A DNA stretch of 24,397 nt. It comes from a virus (lineage: Duplodnaviria; Caudoviricetes). This document shows positions 1-8,529 of the stretch, piece after piece. The DNA lies in the IMG/VR virus record IMGVR_UViG_3300020120_000117, positions 1-24,397 of that record. One strand, given 5' to 3'. The notes beneath the pieces are model-generated. The model worked only from the letters and a program-made list of their open reading frames with translations, did not search any database and was not told the DNA's origin. Every line of letters begins with the position of its first letter. Position 1 is the first letter of the stretch. Position numbers and translations under genes: made by a program.

Positions 1-2
1 AA

Positions 3-287
3 CTTGAACGATGCGGATTCGGAGGTTGCCGCGGCTTCCGTATTCGAACTGGAGAGACTAACCGTCCCACTGATCGAGACAGAGGCCGATTCACTGGTGG
101 CTGCAGCTTCCGTTTCAGAAGCCGAGAGCTTGAATTTAAATGTCGCGGCTTCGCTCGTCGCCGCGGCTTCAGTGTTGGAGGCTGCGAGGCTCTGAGTGAG
201 AGGAAGGAGCGCTGCAACCGGTAGCGGCTTCGAGCGTCGCCGTCTCTTGGGATCGTCCCAAAATAACGGTCTGCGGCGCTCGATCAT
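3..287 (-). CDS. Ser/Ala/Thr-rich repeat virion or tail protein, 5' part only (runs off the window edge)
   Basis: Not in the ORF track. ATG at 287 lies just after the stop of 294..764. The frame is open to the edge: MIERRRPLFWDDPKRRRRSKPLP... followed by three copies of LxxSxTEAAATSExA. Confidence 0.75.
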   Translation of the reverse strand, partial: MIERRRPLFWDDPKRRRRSKPLPVAALLPLTQSLAASNTEAAATSEAATFKFKLSASETEAAATSESASVSISGTVSLSSSNTEAAATSESASFK

Positions 288-293
288 GGATGT

Positions 294-764
294 TTACCCG
301 CCTGACTCTTCGACCAGGCACACGCCGTTCAAATGCACCGTGCCTGAGACCGTGGATTTCAGCTCGAGCGTGAAGGACTCAGACGGCCCGATCACTGGAG
401 GCCTCGGGAAGGTGTAATCGAGGCCGGAAAAGATGTGAACGCCCCACTCGCCGAGGACGATCGCGGTGCCCGACGTCGACGCCTGCGTCGTGTTGTTGAT
501 TTTGGCCGTGAAGCTGGCCGCCGCGTCTCCCGGATCGAGCGCCGCGGGCGTTGCCGTCGAACCGCCCGAACCGTTCGTGACGGTCGCGGGCAGGTAGCGC
601 GCGCGCAAGTTGAGCATCTGGGAATTGGGAAGCGTGGTGTCCGTGGCTCCGACGGAAACCGACAGGATGCGGAGCGTCTTTCCCGTCGCGCCCAAGATCT
701 GGAAAAGATCCTGGACGGCCGTAACGGAGATGTTTTCGAAAGTGACTACATAAGGGCGCGGCAT
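294..764 (-). CDS. Putative virion structural protein (beta-rich, 156 aa)
   Basis: Abuts the upstream stop at 765. Thr/Ser/Gly/Val-rich composition and position in the tail cluster. Confidence 0.7.
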   Translation of the reverse strand: MPRPYVVTFENISVTAVQDLFQILGATGKTLRILSVSVGATDTTLPNSQMLNLRARYLPATVTNGSGGSTATPAALDPGDAAASFTAKINNTTQASTSGTAIVLGEWGVHIFSGLDYTFPRPPVIGPSESFTLELKSTVSGTVHLNGVCLVEESGG

Positions 765-1454
765 TTAAAACTGGTCCTCACTGGTAACAAAGTGGTTGAT
801 GGTTTTCGAAATGATGATCGTGCCACCCGCCGAGCTGGCGTCATTGAGCGCGAGGGCGATGAGTGTTCCGGCGTTGTTCGTCGCGCCGGTCCAGGTGAAG
901 CTGTACTGAGTCCCGAGCGGAATTCCGGTGCTGGCCGTGGTGTCTCCCAGGGCAAAGACGACGCCGGGCCCGGCGAGCGACTGAGTTTCTCTCACATTCA
1001 GGTTGGCCGACGAAACGGTGTGGTTCGTGTGCTGGTCGCCATACATCACGATCACGAGCGAATCCGTCTGCGTCTCGATTCCCACCCCGGTCGAAATTGT
1101 GGTTCCTGTTCCGACGTTCGAGGGTGGCCCGGCACAAATGGAATAAGTGGTTGGAACCACGTACTCGGCGATGATGAGACCCTCGCCCGTTCCGGAGCCA
1201 TTGTTGATCGTGACCGTATTCGCCCCGCTCGCTCCCGAAATGGCGAACCAGATCTGCAACACGGTCGAGCTGAACGTGTAGTGGCCCATGAGCCGCCAGG
1301 TGTTGCTCAGCGTGTCGGTGATCGACGTCGGGAAACTTCCGGCAAATTCACCGAACCCCACCACGAGCAGATTGCCCGAGGTGACATTCGAGGTGTAGGC
1401 CAGGCTCGCCGCGTTGTTCGTGCTCCGGGACTGGACGAAGCTGAAGGCGCTCAT
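765..1454 (-). CDS. Putative tail or virion beta-sandwich protein (229 aa)
   Basis: Beta-strand-rich sequence (SNVTSGNLLVV, ITDTLSNTW) of the kind seen in tail fibre domains. Co-oriented with the operon. Confidence 0.7.
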   Translation of the reverse strand: MSAFSFVQSRSTNNAASLAYTSNVTSGNLLVVGFGEFAGSFPTSITDTLSNTWRLMGHYTFSSTVLQIWFAISGASGANTVTINNGSGTGEGLIIAEYVVPTTYSICAGPPSNVGTGTTISTGVGIETQTDSLVIVMYGDQHTNHTVSSANLNVRETQSLAGPGVVFALGDTTASTGIPLGTQYSFTWTGATNNAGTLIALALNDASSAGGTIIISKTINHFVTSEDQF

Positions 1455-1459
1455 GTGGG

Positions 1460-1855
1460 TTAGTTGGCGACGTCGTTACGGCCCATCGTGACCGCGACTT
1501 GCAAGGTCCAGGTTTGCCCCGAGGCCTTCGCGACGCCTCCATTGAGCGACTGCACGAACCGGATCCAAGCGGTACCGGGGGAGCCATCGCCGACTAGGAA
1601 TTCATTCCACACGTAGTTCCCCTGCGAACTTCCCGCGGTGACTTGGAAAGTCGCAACCGAACCCGAAACGGTCGGATACGTCGCATCCATTCCGAGGTAG
1701 AGCTTGTTCGTCGAGGCCTGGAGATCGGTCTGGGTTTTCGCGGCGGCCGTCGTCGAGTCGCCGATTCCAATGTGGGCGTTGGCGTTATTGAGTGCCGTGT
1801 AGGTGCCTCCAACCATCGCATTGGTCAGAGGGCCGGTCGAGCCGTTAAGCAACAT
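1460..1855 (-). CDS. Minor tail or tail-fibre-associated protein (131 aa)
   Basis: Motif NNANAHIGIGDSTTAA..TQTDLQASTNK...MDATYP...WNEF resembles a common phage minor tail family. An AAGGA RBS lies upstream. Confidence 0.75.
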   Translation of the reverse strand: MLLNGSTGPLTNAMVGGTYTALNNANAHIGIGDSTTAAAKTQTDLQASTNKLYLGMDATYPTVSGSVATFQVTAGSSQGNYVWNEFLVGDGSPGTAWIRFVQSLNGGVAKASGQTWTLQVAVTMGRNDVAN

Positions 1856-2006
1856 GGAAGGTTTCCTTTCGACCGTCCGCGTGCTCGACGATACGCTGCT
1901 GCGTGTCGGCGCGGAAGGTCTCGGTCTTGATGAGTTGGCCCGCTTCGTCTCGAATTTCGAGCCGGTATTCGCGGACCTGCAAAGAGGGTTGAATCGGTAA
2001 AGTCAT
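1845..2006 (-). CDS. Small protein, 53 aa (MTLPIQPSLQVREYRLEIRDEAGQLIKTETF...HVA)
   Basis: Below the ORF track cutoff. ATGA overlap with the stop of the upstream gene. It fills the gap and overlaps the start of 1460..1855. Confidence 0.7.
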   Translation of the reverse strand: MTLPIQPSLQVREYRLEIRDEAGQLIKTETFRADTQQRIVEHADGRKETFHVA

Positions 2007-3034
2007 TGCGTTCTCTGGATGCCGAGCTGGAGCGAGTTAATCTCGCCCACCGTCCAATCGATGCCGGTGTCGAGAGAGGATCTCTGCGGATCGATGAGGT
2101 ACAGATAGCTGAGGTTCGACGGGAAGAACTCGGGGGTCTGGTGTCCGGACCCTGCGCTCCACAGGCCCTTAATCGCTCCCGTTCCGGTGTCGGATTTCTT
2201 GGTGAGCCAGAGCGCCTGCGCGCCCTTGATCGTGCCCGTGAACCCTACGATGTCATCGAGGTTGTAGTAATCGATGAGCCCCGTCGTCGAAGCGGTGTTG
2301 ACGGTGGTGTCGTCGTCTGGCGGGTGTTCCTTCACCATGTTGTAATTGGCCGCCATGGACACGTTGGGCGTCCATGTCGTCGAAGCGCCCGCCGCGTTCG
2401 GGTAGAGCACCGCGATTTTGATATCGCCCAGGTACTCGGAGTCGGTCACATAGAGGTCGTCGATGATGGCATGGAAGCCGCCGCCAGGTCCGCCGGGTGA
2501 GATCTGCGCGAATTTCGCATGGCTGCCGAAGGTCGTCGAGCCACAGTTGAGCGAGAAGGTTTCGCTGAGCACCGGGTTTTCGTTGACGCGGAACTCATTG
2601 TTAAAGGTCAGATTGGGAGCCGAGAAGGAGACCTGCGATTTCATCTCGACGTAGTACCACTCGTTGGTGTTGAAGAGCGGCGGAGAAATCGTGTCGCCGT
2701 CCGCCGCTCCGCCGGTGTAGGCGTAGTGGAAGCGGACGCGGCCGTCGCCGATGTGGTTCACCTGGGTGGTGATGCCGTTGACCTGGTTTGAGAACTGCCA
2801 GATCCAATTCGCAAAGGCCTGTGTGTTGTAGGCCATGCCGGCATACAGGGTGTCGCGCTCGGTGGTTGCACCGGAGATAATCCCGAGCGTCTTTTCCGGG
2901 CCGCCCCCGAAGATCTGCAAACCGTTGCCGGTGCGGCCGGGCACAATGCTGCCTACGCCTACCGTCCACTTGCGGAGGAATTGCGCGGTCGAGTAGTGGT
3001 CAAACGAATCGAGGAAGAGTAAGTCAGTGGCCAT
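2003..3034 (-). CDS. Virion or tail protein with possible lectin/ConA-like fold (343 aa)
   Basis: Start moved to ATG 3034 (TAATG overlap with the upstream stop). The N-terminal LLFLDSFDHY, WYYVEMK and IDDLYV motifs are typical of a phage tail protein family. Confidence 0.75.
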   Translation of the reverse strand: MATDLLFLDSFDHYSTAQFLRKWTVGVGSIVPGRTGNGLQIFGGGPEKTLGIISGATTERDTLYAGMAYNTQAFANWIWQFSNQVNGITTQVNHIGDGRVRFHYAYTGGAADGDTISPPLFNTNEWYYVEMKSQVSFSAPNLTFNNEFRVNENPVLSETFSLNCGSTTFGSHAKFAQISPGGPGGGFHAIIDDLYVTDSEYLGDIKIAVLYPNAAGASTTWTPNVSMAANYNMVKEHPPDDDTTVNTASTTGLIDYYNLDDIVGFTGTIKGAQALWLTKKSDTGTGAIKGLWSAGSGHQTPEFFPSNLSYLYLIDPQRSSLDTGIDWTVGEINSLQLGIQRTQ

Positions 3035-3573
3035 TAGATTGGGGCTCCGATCAGGTACACCGCCACCCACCAGTTGCCGCCGCCCTGCAAGATGTCGATC
3101 ACCACGTCGTCGTTTTCCGCGATCTGTAAATTGGTGGTGAAGTCCGAGAACTCATGCACGGTGCGCGATCCGGCGTTAGCGGGGACGATGGGCTTCAACG
3201 TGAAAATCGAAACGCCGTTCTTGCGGATGTCGATCTGGAACGGGTTCGTCGAGTCGGCCGACTTCACGCGGATGCGGCAGGTATTCGGTGCAAACGCCAC
3301 CGGTGGAATCACCGGGTCCGACACATCGAGCGCGACGGTGGGGTCTTGGATATCCCACCCGATGATGTTCTGGAAGGGGCCGTTATTGTTGTTAATGATG
3401 GTCGTGACATCCGAGAGTTTTTTCGCCAAGCGCTCGAAGAAAATGATCCAGGTGCGGGTGAGGTGTTTCGAAATCCCTCCGCCCGAATTCTGGTCCTCGA
3501 TGAACATCGGGGTTTCGATCGGGACCGAAGGGATGGTGGTCTTGCCTGCACCGGCTTTCGTGCCCGCTGCCAT
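3034..3573 (-). CDS. Tail protein following the gp10-like hub (179 aa)
   Basis: Start moved to ATG 3573 (TAATG overlap). PIETPM...LTRTWIIFFERL helix followed by a beta domain. It occupies the position of P22 gp26. Confidence 0.7.
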   Translation of the reverse strand: MAAGTKAGAGKTTIPSVPIETPMFIEDQNSGGGISKHLTRTWIIFFERLAKKLSDVTTIINNNNGPFQNIIGWDIQDPTVALDVSDPVIPPVAFAPNTCRIRVKSADSTNPFQIDIRKNGVSIFTLKPIVPANAGSRTVHEFSDFTTNLQIAENDDVVIDILQGGGNWWVAVYLIGAPI

Positions 3574-5459
3574 TACGCACCCCCTGCGAGCCAATCGAGA
3601 TAAGCATTGATCAGCGAGATTTTGGTATTGCCGGTGACGGTCACGCGGAAAACGCGATCGCGCCCCGAGCCGAGCCGGTTGAAGATCGCGCGCGCTTGCG
3701 GCCGGAAGTTCGGATTCGAACCGCTATCGAGCTGGGGAACTGTTACCGTCATCGCGTTCGAGAAGGTGTGCCCGTTGTCTTTCGACCAGTCGAGCTTTAC
3801 AGTGAGCGCGGCGCCGCCGGTTTCGAGATCGAGCTGCAACCGGTGGAAGAACTGGCGCAATCCGGCTTCTGACAGATGCGGGAAGGTCCGAACGCAGTAA
3901 ATCGTCTGGCCGTTGTCTTGGTAAGTCGCCGTCGAAAGCGGATAGATCGCGCCTGAGGAGTGATCCCCGACATAGTGCACCCCGGCCGCGTTCGCCCAGC
4001 TCACGAAAGCATGGCCGCGCGCGGGGTGTCGGTGGAAGGTGGTTCCATCGGTCGAATAGGTCCACTCGTGCCAGAGAGGTTTGCCGAACTGGGCCGATGC
4101 GGTGATGTCATAAACCCACGTCGCATCGGCCGCGTTAAAGCTGAGCACCCAGAATTCGTGGCCGTCGAGTTCCAACATGAAACTCTCGGCATCCTGCACG
4201 GTCGAATAGCCGGACCAGACTTGCTCCACCGCATGCGTCGAAACTCTCTGCGGTTGGTAGCCTTGCCCGCGATAGGCGACGATGCCGCCTTCGAGGTCGG
4301 TCCCCAGCCAGATCGGCCCTTGCCGGGTCGAGTTGGCCGCGCGGATCGACGCCAGGCCGATCGGAATGAACGCGCCGGGGTCGCGCTGCATGGGCGCGCC
4401 TTCGGCCGGTGGGTTGTCGAGCGATCGCCAGATTTCCGATGACGACTCACCCAGAATCCACAGGTCCTCGTGATCGGCCAGAATCGCGCCGATGTTATCC
4501 GGGTAACCTTCCTTGATTCCGAAGTCGAGCGGGTCCCAGGTCTTGCCGTCGAACACGGCCGAGAAGTCGATTTCCTTCGAATCGGGTTTGGCCACGATGA
4601 AATAGCTGTCGAGGAACGTGCCCGTTTGCGCGGTCACTCCGAGCCCCGCGACGCTCCAGGCCGAGCCCGCTTGAGCGCCCGCACTACCGGTGAGCGTGAG
4701 GTGGGTCTGATCCTGGACTGAGGCCACCGTGTAGGAAGCGCCGTTGATCACGATGGTTTGCCCCACCATGCCCTGGTTGAAGAGCGGGCCGCTGTCCCAG
4801 GTCACGGCGGTGCCCGTGACGTCGGCGGTTCCACCCACGGCAAAGACCGTATAAGCCACGGCGGTTTGCGTGCCGGCGCTCGACGTGAGCACCAGGTGCT
4901 GATTGTCCGTGACGGAGGCGACGGTATAGCCAACCCCGTTGATGATGATTTGCTGGCCTGCCATCGCGGCCGTGAAATTGTCGCCTTCGTCCCAGGTAAC
5001 GGCCGTGCCGCTCGTATCCACGACGCCATGCGCGGAAATGAAGAGAGGCTGCGCGACCGTGATTCCATCCGCCAGATAGAATTTGCCGGCCGAGACGATG
5101 CCCAACTGGTTGCCGTTCGGAATCATCTGGACGGGCGAATGCGCGGAGTCGTCGCCGACGTCGCCCAAGAGGCTGGAAGTTCCACCCGAAAAGACTTCGT
5201 AGAGCTTGGAGCCCGCCACGGCGAAGAGCCGGCCGCCGGTGGTAAGTGGGGCCCCGCCGGCGAACAACCCCCGGATTGGCGAGGTGGGAAGCGTGATGAA
5301 GGGCGCGCCGATCCCGGGCCGTGCCCGGAGCATCCCGACAGACTTGGTTTCGCCGTCCGCTTCGATCGCTTCCGGGAAAAGGTTCTGCGATCGCTGGCAG
5401 GCAGCGTTCACGCTCGCCGCGAGGTAACTCCCGCCGATGAATCCCGGAAATCGCTTCAT
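3573..5459 (-). CDS. P22 gp10-like packaged-DNA stabilization / tail hub protein (628 aa)
   Basis: FIGGSY...QRSQNLFPE N-terminus, PIRGL, EGYPDNI, RVSTHAVE, WSKDNGHTF and RLGSGRDRVF motifs. Lies downstream of the adaptor genes. Confidence 0.88.
   Translation of the reverse strand: MKRFPGFIGGSYLAASVNAACQRSQNLFPEAIEADGETKSVGMLRARPGIGAPFITLPTSPIRGLFAGGAPLTTGGRLFAVAGSKLYEVFSGGTSSLLGDVGDDSAHSPVQMIPNGNQLGIVSAGKFYLADGITVAQPLFISAHGVVDTSGTAVTWDEGDNFTAAMAGQQIIINGVGYTVASVTDNQHLVLTSSAGTQTAVAYTVFAVGGTADVTGTAVTWDSGPLFNQGMVGQTIVINGASYTVASVQDQTHLTLTGSAGAQAGSAWSVAGLGVTAQTGTFLDSYFIVAKPDSKEIDFSAVFDGKTWDPLDFGIKEGYPDNIGAILADHEDLWILGESSSEIWRSLDNPPAEGAPMQRDPGAFIPIGLASIRAANSTRQGPIWLGTDLEGGIVAYRGQGYQPQRVSTHAVEQVWSGYSTVQDAESFMLELDGHEFWVLSFNAADATWVYDITASAQFGKPLWHEWTYSTDGTTFHRHPARGHAFVSWANAAGVHYVGDHSSGAIYPLSTATYQDNGQTIYCVRTFPHLSEAGLRQFFHRLQLDLETGGAALTVKLDWSKDNGHTFSNAMTVTVPQLDSGSNPNFRPQARAIFNRLGSGRDRVFRVTVTGNTKISLINAYLDWLAGGA
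4650..5027 (-). repeat. Tandem protein-domain duplication (65-aa spacing) inside the gp10-like gene
   Basis: GVVDTSGTAVTWDEGDNFTAAMAGQQIIINGVGYTVASVTDNQHLVLTSSAG versus GTADVTGTAVTWDSGPLFNQGMVGQTIVINGASYTVASVQDQTHLTLTGSAG. Confidence 0.9.
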
Positions 5460-5466
5460 AGCGGGC

Positions 5467-6210
5467 CTACTCCGTCAGTCCGGTGAAGCGGTTGTAGTTG
5501 CCGCCGAGCCCGTTGCCGCGCCGCGTCTTCAGTGCCGGGTCTCCGTGCAAGAGCAGCTTCGGTGAGTTCTTCGATTCGATGAGGGCCTTCGCCTGGCTGG
5601 CCAGCATCGTCAGTTCGGGCGTGGGGCGTTTCGCGAATTCAAGCGCCAGGCGGACGGCCAGGTTCAGGACGATCGCATCTTCGTACCCGGGCGGAAGGAT
5701 GATGTTGTCGGTAAGGGCCGCGTAGGTCGAGAGCTGCTGCCAGGTGTAAAGCTCGATCGTGTAGGCGGCATCCGGAATCGGGTAAAAGTACAGCGTCGAA
5801 AGCGGGTCATTGCCGTCGTTATACAGCTCGGCCGGGAAGGTATAGACCTCCTGGAGCCGCTTCGCTGCCCACTGCTCATCCGTCATCAGGACGAGCGGCC
5901 GCCGGATGACAGGCGACTGCGAAAACTGTAAATTCGCGCTCACGATCTGGGTGGGACGCGGCGCGTTGAAGTCGGCCGTGAGGATGTGGGCCGGGTCGAT
6001 CCCGATGGTGTAGCTCTGCTTCTGGTTCGTGAGCGTGTAGGTGTCGAAGCGAACCGTGAAGGCGTTCAGTCGATCCGCGCACCAGGCGTCGAGCATCCGG
6101 CGAAGCTCTTCGAAGGAGTCCGTCAATTCATCGGTGTTCGGGATCTGCCCCTGTGCCAGCACGTTCGATTTACGGAGCGCGGCACGGATGGCATTCTGAA
6201 CCGTGATCAC
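5467..6210 (-). CDS. Head-tail adaptor (P22 gp4-like) paralog 4
   Basis: Shared motifs TVQ..I..AL, YTIG, RP..I, YFYPIP, LPPGYEDAIVLNLAVRLA. GTGA coupling. Confidence 0.82.
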   Translation of the reverse strand: MITVQNAIRAALRKSNVLAQGQIPNTDELTDSFEELRRMLDAWCADRLNAFTVRFDTYTLTNQKQSYTIGIDPAHILTADFNAPRPTQIVSANLQFSQSPVIRRPLVLMTDEQWAAKRLQEVYTFPAELYNDGNDPLSTLYFYPIPDAAYTIELYTWQQLSTYAALTDNIILPPGYEDAIVLNLAVRLALEFAKRPTPELTMLASQAKALIESKNSPKLLLHGDPALKTRRGNGLGGNYNRFTGLTE

Positions 6211-6899
6211 GCAGCCACCTTCACGGGCGCGACGGGCGGAGGCGGAGGCGGATAGAGCAGCTTGTTTTTGTTCTGGAGGGTTGCCTTGGCCAGCTCGGCA
6301 TTCGCCATCAGTTCTTTGGTCACGGGCTTGTTAAAGGCCGGGGCGAGGATCAGAGCGAGCGCGCAAATGATCGCCCATTCGTAGCCGTCGGGCAAGTTGA
6401 ACGTGTCGGAGAGCGCCGTCACATTCGGGATCGGGAGCCAGGTGAAAAGCTCAAGCGAAGAGTTCGAAGCCGCGGGAATCGGGTAAAGATAGAGCGTCGA
6501 GTTCGGGTAGGCGTAATCGTCGTAGAGCACCTTGGGCAGGGCGCTCGTGTCGGACTGCATCCCGAGTGCGTTCCATTCGTCGGCCGTCGCGAGCTTGAGC
6601 GCGCCGCGGATCGCTACCGCGTCGCCAATGACGATGGCGGCAGCCTCGATGCGCACCGGGCGAGCGGCGGTGAACGTCGCGCCCGAGGGTCCGATGGTGT
6701 AGCTCTGGGTGCCCGCGGTCAGTGAGAACGTGGACTTTGCAATCTCGTAAATGTAGAGGCCATCGTTCTCCCAGCTCGACAGCATCGCCTGGAGAAAGGG
6801 CAGTGAGGCTGCGGATTCGGAAGCGCCCGACGTCCGGCCAGGCCCGAGCCGGCCGATTTGAATCAGCGCGCGATCGATGATGTTCTGAACGGTGCTCAT
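6207..6899 (-). CDS. Head-tail adaptor (P22 gp4-like) paralog 3
   Basis: TVQNIIDRAL, YTIG, RPVRI, DYAYP, YLYPIP, LPDGYEWAI. ATGA coupling. Confidence 0.82.
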   Translation of the reverse strand: MSTVQNIIDRALIQIGRLGPGRTSGASESAASLPFLQAMLSSWENDGLYIYEIAKSTFSLTAGTQSYTIGPSGATFTAARPVRIEAAAIVIGDAVAIRGALKLATADEWNALGMQSDTSALPKVLYDDYAYPNSTLYLYPIPAASNSSLELFTWLPIPNVTALSDTFNLPDGYEWAIICALALILAPAFNKPVTKELMANAELAKATLQNKNKLLYPPPPPPVAPVKVAA

Positions 6900-7582
6900 G
6901 AGGCCTTCTTGAGGTCAGCGCCAGGCGCCGCGGGATGCTGTGGCAGGGGATCACCCGGCATGGTGTTATCGCCGAAGATCGCCTTGTTCGTCGAGATGAT
7001 TACGCCCTTCGACTGGAGCGCGAGCGCCATCATGCCTTGCGCCAGGTCGAGCCGCCCGAACTGAGTCGCGAGATCGACGGCCAGGTTCATGGTCAGTCCG
7101 CGCGCGTAGCCTGGCGGCAGGTCGATCGAGGTCGAGAGCGTGGCAAAGACCGAGAGCGGCGCGAACGTGATCAGAGTCAGTGAGGCCGTGGCCGCGGGCC
7201 ACACGTAAACGTTGCTCGTCGGATAGGCGTAGTCGCAGTACATCTTGGTCGCGTAGGTGCCTGATCGCGACTCGTCGATGATTTGCGCCCACTGCTCGGC
7301 CGAACAAACTTCAACGGGGGAACTGATGTTGCCGGAGCTGCAATAGGCCGCTTTGATTTTGAGCGGCCGGGCCGTGGTAAAAGGTCCGGCTCCCCCGGTG
7401 GCCACGGTGACTTTTTGCTCGACGGGTACAATGATCTGCTCGACTGACCAGGAGTCGATGAGCTTATTCAGGACGATCAGGCCGTCGTTACTTTCGTCCG
7501 TTGAGGGCGATTCGCCCGAGGCCAGAATCCCGAGTTCTTTCATGGCGTCGGTGATGAGCTGCTGCCCGGTGTAGGAACTCAC
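6896..7582 (-). CDS. Head-tail adaptor (P22 gp4-like) paralog 2
   Basis: TGQQLITDAM..LGIL, WSVE, RPLKI, DYAYP, LPPGY...MNLAVDLA. GTGA coupling. Confidence 0.82.
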   Translation of the reverse strand: MSSYTGQQLITDAMKELGILASGESPSTDESNDGLIVLNKLIDSWSVEQIIVPVEQKVTVATGGAGPFTTARPLKIKAAYCSSGNISSPVEVCSAEQWAQIIDESRSGTYATKMYCDYAYPTSNVYVWPAATASLTLITFAPLSVFATLSTSIDLPPGYARGLTMNLAVDLATQFGRLDLAQGMMALALQSKGVIISTNKAIFGDNTMPGDPLPQHPAAPGADLKKAS

Positions 7583-8289
7583 TGGTTCGCCTGGCCTTTC
7601 TCGATGTCAGTCATGGTGAGCGGCTGCTGCGCACTCACTCCGATCGGGGCCAACGGCTGGCCGAGCGATACGCCGTTGATCGCGGCGAGCGCCTGCTTGG
7701 CCTCGTGGGCTTTCGCTACCACCGCCTGGTCCAGATGGGAGCCAGCGAATTCGGGGGCCATGTTCACGGCAAGGTTGAAGCTGAAGGCGTCCTCGTAGCC
7801 CGGCGGGAAACTCACGGTATCCGAGATCGCGGAGAAAGCCGCGAGGGGCTTCACGCTCCACAGGTCGAGCGATCCGGAGGCCGGGGCGGGCCACAGAAAA
7901 ATGGTTGCGAGCGGAAATTGATAATCACATGCGAGCCAGTCGGCAAAAGCGCCGGTCACTCCGCGATCGATGATGGTCGCGAATTTCTCGGCACTCACGA
8001 TCTGGCAGGGCATGGAAACGGAGCCGGTGACCACGGCCGCCGCGCGGATTTTCTCCGGCCGCGACGTGTTGAAAGTTCCGGTCGATCCGATCGTGTAAGA
8101 GGCCGCACCGGTAAGTGAGAACGTCTCTTTCTTGATCTGGTAAATCGTCAGGCCTTCGATCGAGAAGGCCGAGAGCAACTGGTTGGCAAGATTCAGGCAG
8201 TTGGTGTATTCACCGGTTGCCAGACTTCTGCCCGCCTGGAGAATGCCGATTCTCCGCGCGGCTTGCTCGATGTAATCCTGGACGATCAT
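7579..8289 (-). CDS. Head-tail adaptor (P22 gp4-like) paralog 1
   Basis: VQDYIEQAA..IGIL, YTIG, RPEKI, DYQFP, FPPGYEDAFSFNLAV. Confidence 0.82.
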   Translation of the reverse strand: MIVQDYIEQAARRIGILQAGRSLATGEYTNCLNLANQLLSAFSIEGLTIYQIKKETFSLTGAASYTIGSTGTFNTSRPEKIRAAAVVTGSVSMPCQIVSAEKFATIIDRGVTGAFADWLACDYQFPLATIFLWPAPASGSLDLWSVKPLAAFSAISDTVSFPPGYEDAFSFNLAVNMAPEFAGSHLDQAVVAKAHEAKQALAAINGVSLGQPLAPIGVSAQQPLTMTDIEKGQANQ

Positions 8290-8466
8290 TTATTTCGTGG
8301 CCTTGCGGGCTTTCGCGATCGCCGGGTCGGGTTTGACGCCGGGCGCGGTCTCGATGCCGAATGCGGCCGGGGAGTCTTCCCAGCCCTTGCCGAGTTCCTT
8401 CTCCTCTTCGGGAGAGTTGACGATCTTCGGCTCTTCGGTCGCGTGGTAACGGAACGATGGGTACAT
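8290..8466 (-). CDS. Small conserved post-capsid phage protein (58 aa)
   Basis: Start moved to ATG 8466 behind a GAAAGGA RBS. YPSFRYH...IVNSPEEEKELG.GWEDSP pattern. Confidence 0.7.
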   Translation of the reverse strand: MYPSFRYHATEEPKIVNSPEEEKELGKGWEDSPAAFGIETAPGVKPDPAIAKARKATK

Positions 8467-8480
8467 GCAAGTCCTTTCGG

Positions 8481-8515
8481 AAAAGTGGGGCGGCATCGTA
8501 TCGAGAGGCCGCCCC
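8481..8515 (-). terminator. Putative intrinsic terminator or attenuator
   Basis: Minus strand reads GGGGCGGC-13 nt-GCCGCCCC followed by ACTTTT, just after the stop at 8530. Confidence 0.55.
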
Positions 8516-8529
8516 GTTCGCTCAGTGGA

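Noticed and set aside
4-195. Plus-strand repeat ORF (SLVAAASV repeats)
   Set aside because: Mirror of the minus-strand repeat gene, which fits the operon direction.
5433-5447. GCCGATGAATCCCGG on the plus strand, similar to the promoter motif
   Set aside because: Antisense, inside codons for PGFIG of the hub gene, and lacking GTGT. Probably coincidental, though an antisense promoter is not excluded.
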